This document shows positions 14,599 to 20,867 of a stretch of 34,055 bases of DNA, piece after piece; positions within the stretch are counted from its first letter, which is position 1; each line of letters starts with the position of its first letter. The notes below the pieces were generated by a model, which ran no database searches, was not told the origin of the DNA, and saw nothing but the letters and a program-made list of their open reading frames with translations. The DNA is taken from the NCBI GenBank assembly GCA_020052135.1, contig JAGVPS010000028.1, positions 1-34,055 of the forward strand. Reading direction: 5' to 3'. The DNA is from Minisyncoccota bacterium. Its GTDB lineage: Bacteria > Patescibacteriota > Minisyncoccia > UBA6257 > 1-14-0-10-40-38. Made by a program: the position numbers and the translations under genes.

Positions 14599-15165
14599 CT
14601 ACTCCTCCTCATCTGCTGGAAGGTACTCATCCTCGGGCACGATCTCGTGAATGATGCCGTAGTGGAGGGCTTCTCGGGCGGAAAGCGTTGCCTTGCTCCT
14701 CATGAAGTTCAAAAGGGTAGCAGTAGGGATTCCCGTCTGCTCCTTCATAAAGGAGAGAAACCAGCCTTGAGCGGCTCTCATGCGACGGAGCCACTCCTCG
14801 ATCACTTCTCGCTTTTCGGCCATGACTTCATCCTCGAAGTACCGCCTCACCATTTCGACGTCGCAGATGGTGACTGCGTGTCCGTTGATGAGTGTCCTAA
14901 CTTCATGAAAGAAGAAGGTTGCGCTTGGGAAGGCTCGTCGGCTACGACCCAAGAGGAAAAGGATGATCGCGGCCGAATAGACATCCCCGGCGAGCGTAAT
15001 GATTCCACGACGCTCGATACTGGGAGCCCGAGAGGAGAAGAAGTCGAATCTACCCCCTGGCGAACTCACATACACGCATTGAGGAGCATCGGGTCGCTGT
15101 AGCGAGAGCAAAAGGCCATCGACCGTCTCTTCGCTGATCTTTTCTTCAAAGCATAGGTATTTCAC
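14599..15165 (-). CDS. ClpP/peptidase-S14-like protein lacking the N-terminal axial region
   Basis: GTG start 6 nt after AGGAG. VYVSSPGG (compare INSPGG), GDVYSAA (compare GQAASMG, Ser retained), FFFHEV (compare MIHQP, His retained) and LSAREALHYGIIHEI (compare LSAPEAVEYGLVDSI). Confidence 0.7.
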   Translation of the reverse strand: MKYLCFEEKISEETVDGLLLSLQRPDAPQCVYVSSPGGRFDFFSSRAPSIERRGIITLAGDVYSAAIILFLLGRSRRAFPSATFFFHEVRTLINGHAVTICDVEMVRRYFEDEVMAEKREVIEEWLRRMRAAQGWFLSFMKEQTGIPTATLLNFMRSKATLSAREALHYGIIHEIVPEDEYLPADEEE

Positions 15166-15201
15166 TAAAAACTCCTGGGTTGGGTTGGAGTGCCGAAGCT
15201 A

Positions 15202-15230
15202 TTTATAATCTGATTTATAAAAATAGTCAA
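15202..15230 (-). promoter_or_regulatory. Sigma70-type promoter for the ClpP-like gene (TTGACT-17-TATAAA)
   Basis: The reverse complement of 15225-15230 is TTGACT. The reverse complement of 15202-15207 is TATAAA. The spacer is 17 nt. Confidence 0.55.
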
Positions 15231-15414
15231 GGATTTCTGGACAAAAAAGTGATGATATGACATTCTATATTCAGTTCAACGGCCCGACTCTCACCCCGAG
15301 AAAGATGCACACTTTTTTGTTCATGGTTTTCTCAAAAGTATGCGCCGAAATTTTCGGATTCAAAAGGGAATCTAGGTAAAAAGTTCCACCATAAACTCAC
15401 AGCCAGAAGGTTTT

Positions 15415-16230
15415 ATGAAAACAACCGTGTTTGATCCAGGGGCGAAAGATGGAAGGGTGAGTATGGCTATGAAGGGAGTGGCGTACGAGGCTGGGCGATT
15501 ACTCCGCTCGATGCAGAGCACTGGCCTCGATCGTGACATGAAGGGATCTCACGATTTTTCGACTGCGGCCGACCTTGCGTCTCAACGATTAATTCGAGAG
15601 AAACTCTCCAGTGTTTTTCCTGACGTGGCAATCGTGGCAGAAGAGGACGATGAACATGTGCTCAAACAGACGTGCTTCATCGTCGATCCGCTCGATGCGA
15701 CGTACAACTACAGCGTTGGAGGTTCTGATTGGGGCGTTGTTATCGGCCTCCTTACCTACGGGAATCCGGTGCGCGCGGTGCTCTACCAGCCGAACGCAGA
15801 CCTCATCGTCGAGGTAGCTCAAGGAGGGGGCGTTTTAATGAACGGAGTGCCGTGCGTGCCTCCGCTCGAACGTCCGCTCAAAGAGTCTATCATCGGCACT
15901 GAGATCGTGTGGTCTAACCCCGAGGGGTTTATCGACCACGTAATAAAGCCACTTCAGAAGCAATGTCTTGGTTTGGTGTGTCCGCTTTCGGCAAGCGCTG
16001 GAGTTGTGAAGTTGCTTCGGGGTGAGATTGCCGCCTACGTTAACCTTACGCATGGCAAGGTGTGGGACTTCGTGGTCCACGCGCTCGCCATGGAGGAATG
16101 GGGAGGCGTCGCTCTTGCTCCCAATGGCATGCCGCTTCAGTGGGATAGTCTCCCGATGCGCGGAGTGTTCTCGCCGCACCAGAAGCTTGCCGAGGCGCTC
16201 CTTACGCTCACCCGAAGGGTGGAACAGTAA
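15415..16230 (+). CDS. Inositol monophosphatase / CysQ / FBPase-family phosphatase
   Basis: IVAEEDDE (metal-binding EE), FIVDPLDATYNY (a DPxD[GA]T motif) and KVWDFVVHA (the WD motif region). ATG preceded by GAAGG. Confidence 0.85.
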   Translation: MKTTVFDPGAKDGRVSMAMKGVAYEAGRLLRSMQSTGLDRDMKGSHDFSTAADLASQRLIREKLSSVFPDVAIVAEEDDEHVLKQTCFIVDPLDATYNYSVGGSDWGVVIGLLTYGNPVRAVLYQPNADLIVEVAQGGGVLMNGVPCVPPLERPLKESIIGTEIVWSNPEGFIDHVIKPLQKQCLGLVCPLSASAGVVKLLRGEIAAYVNLTHGKVWDFVVHALAMEEWGGVALAPNGMPLQWDSLPMRGVFSPHQKLAEALLTLTRRVEQ

Positions 16231-16241
16231 CCATCCTTTAT

Positions 16242-16266
16242 CCCTCGCACGCGGGGGAATTTTTTT
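16242..16266 (+). terminator. Candidate rho-independent terminator
   Basis: CCCTC-gcacgc-GGGGG (one G-T pair), then AA and T7. The T-tract overlaps the next promoter. Confidence 0.45.
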
Positions 16267-16293
16267 GACAAAAAATCTGTCTACTTGTACCAT
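16265..16293 (+). promoter_or_regulatory. Candidate promoter for the second DUF218 gene (TTGACA-17-TACCAT)
   Basis: TTGACA at 16265-16270, a 17-nt spacer, then TACCAT at 16288-16293. Confidence 0.4.
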
Positions 16294-16331
16294 CTTTTGA
16301 GTACTACATCTCTAGGGAGATATGACAAGCA

Positions 16332-17012
16332 ATGACTGATACGTTCGAATCAACTCTTGGAGCATTCACGAGACGCGTCCTTTCGGACCTGCCTCCCGCT
16401 CGTCCGTTCGACTATCTCCTCCTCGTGGGGCAAACCGCTGACAACGAGCGGTCGGTCCTCAATCGCGCGGCTCGCTACTCACGCGACAATCGCGGCGGAC
16501 AGTGGATGAATCCGCATCTCCTCATCGTTGATGGGCCGACAGGCTTTGGCTTCCCTGGTTTTCCTCGGTGGGAGGCGAACCTGCGACAGCAGGGTGTTAA
16601 TCCGGAGAATATCGTGCGGGTCTCGTATTCGAATCCCGAACGGGGCATCAATACGAATACCGAGATGCAGGCGTTTCTCGACTACCTGTTGCGCGAGGTT
16701 GCTCCAGATGGCGCTATGCGGCTTGGCATCATTGCGGCGCCATTTCACCAGCCACGCGCGTTCGTGAATTTCGTGAGCGTGGCGCTCATGAGTGGCACAG
16801 ACTCTCGCATGATTGACGCCTTCAGCGTACCCGGTGATCCGTTGCCCATGGATGAAGTTGTCGCTCATTCGCAGGGCATAACCCGAGGCATGCGTGCAGA
16901 TCTTGTACGCACTGAAGCTGAACGGATTCGGGCGTACACGGCGAAGGGCGATTTGCTCCCCATTCCTGAAATCATCGCCTACATGGACGAGAGAGATGCT
17001 CGGAACCGGTAA
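16332..17012 (+). CDS. DUF218/YdcF-like protein, paralog 2
   Basis: GINTNTEMQAFLDY...LGIIAAPFHQPRAF. It shares the C-terminal RIRAYTAKGDLLPIPEIIAYMDERDAR block with paralog 1. Confidence 0.8.
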   Translation: MTDTFESTLGAFTRRVLSDLPPARPFDYLLLVGQTADNERSVLNRAARYSRDNRGGQWMNPHLLIVDGPTGFGFPGFPRWEANLRQQGVNPENIVRVSYSNPERGINTNTEMQAFLDYLLREVAPDGAMRLGIIAAPFHQPRAFVNFVSVALMSGTDSRMIDAFSVPGDPLPMDEVVAHSQGITRGMRADLVRTEAERIRAYTAKGDLLPIPEIIAYMDERDARNR

Positions 17013-17014
17013 CT

Positions 17015-17058
17015 CCGCGAGATCGGCATATGCGTATGCAGAGACTCGCGGTTTTTTT
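17015..17058 (+). terminator. Rho-independent terminator
   Basis: CCGCGAG (17015-17021) pairs with CTCGCGG (17045-17051), followed by T7. Confidence 0.7.
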
Positions 17059-17112
17059 ATATGCGCAATCTAGAGAATTCTCTGGCCGTTTCAGATTAGG
17101 GGTAAAGCGCAT

Positions 17113-17175
17113 ATAAAACCCCGCCGTTGGCGGGGTGAAGCTTAGATACCACGGCCGTGAGGCCGTAGAGCTTCA
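17113..17175 (-). terminator. Double-hairpin terminator module, copy R (begins with the TGA stop of the oxidoreductase gene)
   Basis: The minus strand reads TGAAGCT-ct-ACGGCC-TCAC-GGCCGT-ggtatcta-AGCTTCA-CCCCGCC-AAC-GGCGGGG-TTTTAT. It has the same architecture as 12818-12880. Confidence 0.75.
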
Positions 17176-18099
17176 TAAAGATTTTGAAATAGTTTCAAGA
17201 TGTGCAGTTACGGTAGCGCCAAACGCAACATCGGTGAGCGGAGAGAGACGATTCTCAATGCAGGCGCGAAAATGCTCCAACTCGTTTTTGAGCGGTTCCG
17301 TAGTAAACGAAGGAATGGCGATGGGTGTTGGAGAGGCAATCGTAAGCGTATTCGGGACAACTCCTGTATCGAGTATAATTTTTGTTGTGTCTCCCAGACA
17401 CACGAATTTCCTTACTTTTTCTGGACCGAGCCAGGAAGTGGTGATCGTGAGAAGCGGTCCGTGATCAAACGCAACGGTCGCCGAAACAAAGTCCTCGTGA
17501 GAACCATTTTGTATACGAAATTTTTTTCCTGAAACGCTTCTAATTTTCCCCGGATTAAACAGATAGTTAAAAACAGAAAGCGGATGCGGCGCCGCGTCCC
17601 AAAAACAATTGATGTCTGTGCGTGGAGGGCTTACCAAGTGTTCGCTCATGACATGGGTGATTGTGCCGAGGCGTCCCGCGTCAAGTTCAGTTTTTAAAAA
17701 TCGTATCGCATCATTATAGATGTATTGGTACCCAACCATGCATATTTTTCCCGATCGGGATGCTGTACGAGCAAGGAGTCGCGCTTCCTTCGTACTCATC
17801 ACCATTGGTTTTTCAACGAGCACATGTTTGCCCGCGCGGAGCGCGGCATGCGCAAGCGCAAAGTGGGTGTGCGCCGGGGTCGCGATAATAACCGCATCAA
17901 TGTCCGGAGACGCGAAAACTTCGCTAGGGTTTAGGGTATAGCGAATAGGAGAAGAGATAAGACTTTTCAGTTCTGGATGTTCACGAGTGGTTACGACTGA
18001 AAGGAGGGCGAACCCCTCGAGCGATTGCAAGAGTCGGAGATAGTTTTTTCCAAAGTTACCAACACCAAAAAGTGCGCACCTAAGCAGTGGTTGGCTCAT
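17173..18099 (-). CDS. Gfo/Idh/MocA-family NAD(P)-dependent oxidoreductase (likely sugar-nucleotide reductase/dehydrogenase)
   Basis: N-terminal FGVGNFGKNY Rossmann motif and the VLVEKPM (EKP) motif. Confidence 0.85.
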   Translation of the reverse strand: MSQPLLRCALFGVGNFGKNYLRLLQSLEGFALLSVVTTREHPELKSLISSPIRYTLNPSEVFASPDIDAVIIATPAHTHFALAHAALRAGKHVLVEKPMVMSTKEARLLARTASRSGKICMVGYQYIYNDAIRFLKTELDAGRLGTITHVMSEHLVSPPRTDINCFWDAAPHPLSVFNYLFNPGKIRSVSGKKFRIQNGSHEDFVSATVAFDHGPLLTITTSWLGPEKVRKFVCLGDTTKIILDTGVVPNTLTIASPTPIAIPSFTTEPLKNELEHFRACIENRLSPLTDVAFGATVTAHLETISKSL

Positions 18100-19168
18100 T
18101 ATGTGCGGGCTCAGTCTTAAGTATGGAGCGATACCACGTGAGCGTTCGCGTAAGGCCGGTTTTCAAATTCACCGATGGTTTAAAACCCAGCTCTTTTTGG
18201 ATTTTTGTAATGTCGGGGCAACGTCGCTGTGGTTCGCCTGCCGGATATGATGCCGGATAAGCAATCAGCTCTACGGTTGGTTTTTGGGTTACGAGAGAGC
18301 TCACGAGATTCCCTAAGCTCACCATATTAATTTCTTCATTGGGGCGCCCTACGTTATATATTTCCCCGTTTTTCTCTGACGCAAGCACTTTTAGAAATCC
18401 CTGGATAGCATCGGTAATGTAGCAAAATGTCCGTGTTTGATTCCCTTTGTCATGCACCGGCAAGGCCTCGCCCTTCAAGGCTTTGACCATAAAGGTTGGA
18501 ATTACTCGGTAGTCATGCACCTTCATACCGGGCCCGTAGACATTGAACGGCCGGACAATTTTAACCGGTATGCGGTAGAGCTGGTGATAGGTCATGCAGA
18601 GCGTTTCTCCGAGGCGTTTTGACTCGTCATAGCAGGCGCGCGGTCCCACCGCGGAAACATTGCCCCAGTATCCTTCGGGTGTCGGGATATAATTAGGGTT
18701 CGGGTCGCCGTAGACTTCGCTCGAACTGAAATAGAGCATGCTTTTTACCTTTTTGCTCTTTGCAAACTCTAAAAAGTTTTTAGTGCCGTTCACTGCAACC
18801 TCAATGGTTTCCAAGGGGAATTTCCGGTAATAAAAAGGAGAGGCGAGCCCGGCGGCGTGGATAAGGTAGTCGGCCTTCAATTTGTGCGGGAGCTGATTCC
18901 GCACATCATGGGTCATGAGCGTGAAGTGCGGATCAGTGTTGTCAATAATGCTATTTTCTTCAGCGCTCGTGATGTAGTTATCCATGACGATAACCTTGCA
19001 CGGCTTTTTCAAAACCTTTTTATTGAGCTCAAGAAACGTTGCAACAAAATAACTGCCCAAGAAGCCACAGCCGCCGGAAATGAGAATGGTTTTTCCTTCG
19101 AATGTTTTTGCTTCTGTTCGTATCGATCGGATAATGGATTGTATGTCTTCGTGGACGAGTTTGTTCAT
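18080..19168 (-). CDS. Extended SDR NAD-dependent epimerase/dehydratase, UDP-glucuronate decarboxylase (UXS)-like
   Basis: ILISGGCGFLGSYF and ACYDESKRLGETLCMTY (YxxxK in a UXS-like context). ATGA overlap with the upstream methyltransferase gene. Confidence 0.8.
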   Translation of the reverse strand: MNKLVHEDIQSIIRSIRTEAKTFEGKTILISGGCGFLGSYFVATFLELNKKVLKKPCKVIVMDNYITSAEENSIIDNTDPHFTLMTHDVRNQLPHKLKADYLIHAAGLASPFYYRKFPLETIEVAVNGTKNFLEFAKSKKVKSMLYFSSSEVYGDPNPNYIPTPEGYWGNVSAVGPRACYDESKRLGETLCMTYHQLYRIPVKIVRPFNVYGPGMKVHDYRVIPTFMVKALKGEALPVHDKGNQTRTFCYITDAIQGFLKVLASEKNGEIYNVGRPNEEINMVSLGNLVSSLVTQKPTVELIAYPASYPAGEPQRRCPDITKIQKELGFKPSVNLKTGLTRTLTWYRSILKTEPAHNEPTTA

Positions 19169-20439
19169 ACGAGTTTGGGTTCGGGTACGGGAATAATAAA
19201 CTTTCCGCCATTGGCTTTAAATGAGGAAAGTTTTTTCATAATAGGATCCGCAAAGTTCCATGCAAGGATTAGGATATAGTCAGGATTTTTCTCGGCAAGC
19301 TTTGCGGAGGAGAAAACCGGGATATGGGTACCCGGCATATATAAGCCCTGTTTCCAATGACTATCGTCAACAATATACTCAAGCGTTTCAGGACCGATGC
19401 CAAAATGGGTGAGCAGTGTTGTGCCTTTTGCGGGAGCTCCGTAGCCCGCGACGAACTTCTTCTTTTTTTTGAGATATCTTAGGAGTTCGGTAAGCGCTAC
19501 TTTGTTCTTTAGAATCTTATGCGAAAAGTTCTGATACGTCAAAGATTCATGGAGCTTATGTTCCATTTCTTCTTTTAGGAATTTTTGTATATGAGAGCGT
19601 TGTAGCGCGTGGGGACCATTACGAAGCTCAGCAAAAATTCGAAGCGATCCTCCATGCGTATCTGTTTTCTCTACATCAAATACCTCCATATCGAGCCGTT
19701 CAAAAAGCCGGATAGCCGTTCGTACGGAGAAGTAGGAAAGGTGTTCGTGATAAATAGTATCAAACAAATTTTTTGATATGAGATCTCCGAGGTAATATGC
19801 CTCAACCATAAAAACACCGTCTTTTTTAAGAAGGATGCGGACTCCTTCCACAATTTCATCAAGGTTGTCGATGTGGGGGAACGCGCTCGTCGCTGTTATG
19901 AGCGCCGCAGACCCGTGTTTTTCTAAAATCTTTTTAGCAAGTGCGGGGGTAAAGAATTCAGGAATTGTTTCCACGCCGTTTGCCGTTGCTTCGCGCGCGA
20001 TTTTCTCCGCGGGGTCGATGCCCAAGACGCGGAACCCTAATTTTTTAAATGGCTTAAGGAGTATGCCGTCGTTACTGCCAATATCCACGATAAGTGAATT
20101 TTCAATGAATGAAAACCGCCGGGAAATAGTCTTTGCCAACTCTTCAAAATGTGTGACAAATACTGGAGAAGTGGAGGATACATACACATAGTCCCTAAAT
20201 AAGAGTTCGGGTGACACAATGTCGCGGAGCTGCACAAAACTGCACTGCGTACAAAAATCGAGATCAAGAGGAAAAAAAGGCTCTGGTTGTAAGAGATCTG
20301 CTTTAGTAAGAAATGCGTTTGCGGGAGGAGTTGGCGCAAGCGAAAGTACAGGAATAAGGGCTTTTCCTTTGCACGCTCTGCACTCGAATCTTGGTTTAGA
20401 TAAATGGGACTCGGACAGTGTCTTCTTCATATGCTCCAT
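19165..20439 (-). CDS. NDP-hexose C-methyltransferase (TylCIII/NovU-type, zinc-ribbon + SAM MTase + C-terminal domain)
   Basis: FECRACKG...FCTQCSFVQL zinc ribbon, then LIVDIGSNDG SAM motif, then a long C-terminal domain. The start is uncertain: TTG 20466, ATG 20439 or ATG 20430. Confidence 0.75.
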   Translation of the reverse strand: MEHMKKTLSESHLSKPRFECRACKGKALIPVLSLAPTPPANAFLTKADLLQPEPFFPLDLDFCTQCSFVQLRDIVSPELLFRDYVYVSSTSPVFVTHFEELAKTISRRFSFIENSLIVDIGSNDGILLKPFKKLGFRVLGIDPAEKIAREATANGVETIPEFFTPALAKKILEKHGSAALITATSAFPHIDNLDEIVEGVRILLKKDGVFMVEAYYLGDLISKNLFDTIYHEHLSYFSVRTAIRLFERLDMEVFDVEKTDTHGGSLRIFAELRNGPHALQRSHIQKFLKEEMEHKLHESLTYQNFSHKILKNKVALTELLRYLKKKKKFVAGYGAPAKGTTLLTHFGIGPETLEYIVDDSHWKQGLYMPGTHIPVFSSAKLAEKNPDYILILAWNFADPIMKKLSSFKANGGKFIIPVPEPKLV

Positions 20440-20782
20440 CTTTACGGGATTTAGTGGCGAGCACAATCCACGTAGTGTCCTCTAAAAATTTCATGGCATG
20501 GACACGGAGCGGTGGCGAAAACACCATATCGCCGGTTTCAAGAACAGCGCTTTCTTTTTTACTGTTATCTTCGTCAATACCTTTTTCAAAATACTCCATT
20601 TTTCCAGCGACCATATAGCAATAATGCGAATCCTCCTTATGATAGTGGTTTGCGCGTACCGAACCTTTCTTTGAGGTGATAATAAGCACGCTCTTAATCA
20701 CGGTTATGCCATCATCAAAAAGCATGGTGATGTTGCCTCGTTCTTCAGCTACTTCCGGTTTGATGTTGCGGTATATTTTCAT
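20396..20782 (-). CDS. Cupin-fold sugar-nucleotide epimerase/isomerase-like protein
   Basis: GSVRANHYHKEDSHYCYMVAGKMEY...GDMVFSPPLRVHAM is a cupin pattern seen in WxcM/FdtA/CapF-C-like proteins. I chose the internal ATG (MKIYRN), but the ORF is open to 20818. Confidence 0.65.
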   Translation of the reverse strand: MKIYRNIKPEVAEERGNITMLFDDGITVIKSVLIITSKKGSVRANHYHKEDSHYCYMVAGKMEYFEKGIDEDNSKKESAVLETGDMVFSPPLRVHAMKFLEDTTWIVLATKSRKDGAYEEDTVRVPFI

Positions 20783-20867
20783 GCACTTTACTATACCTAT
20801 AGGAGCCATGAAAAGCAACGGATGACCAAAGGTTTTTAGATATGGTTTGATATGCTATGGCTTTCAT

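Noticed and set aside
15257-15379. 40-aa ORF (MTFYIQFNGPTLTPRKMHTFLFMVFSKVCAEIFGFKRESR) in the 249-nt divergent intergenic region
   Set aside because: It has no SD, unlike every real island gene, and lies in an AT-rich promoter region. It is most likely fortuitous.
13830-16300. ORFs 13830-14228(-), 14063-14437(+), 14647-15102(+), 15835-16293(-) and 16022-16300(+) in the island
   Set aside because: Each overlaps a frame with recognisable family motifs (DUF218, ClpP-like, IMPase). They are GC-driven shadow ORFs.
12881-17112. Calling the island a mobile element or prophage remnant
   Set aside because: There is no integrase, transposase, tRNA target or direct-repeat att site. The flanking repeats are inverted terminator modules belonging to the neighbouring genes. 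I therefore report it only as an island of foreign-looking content.
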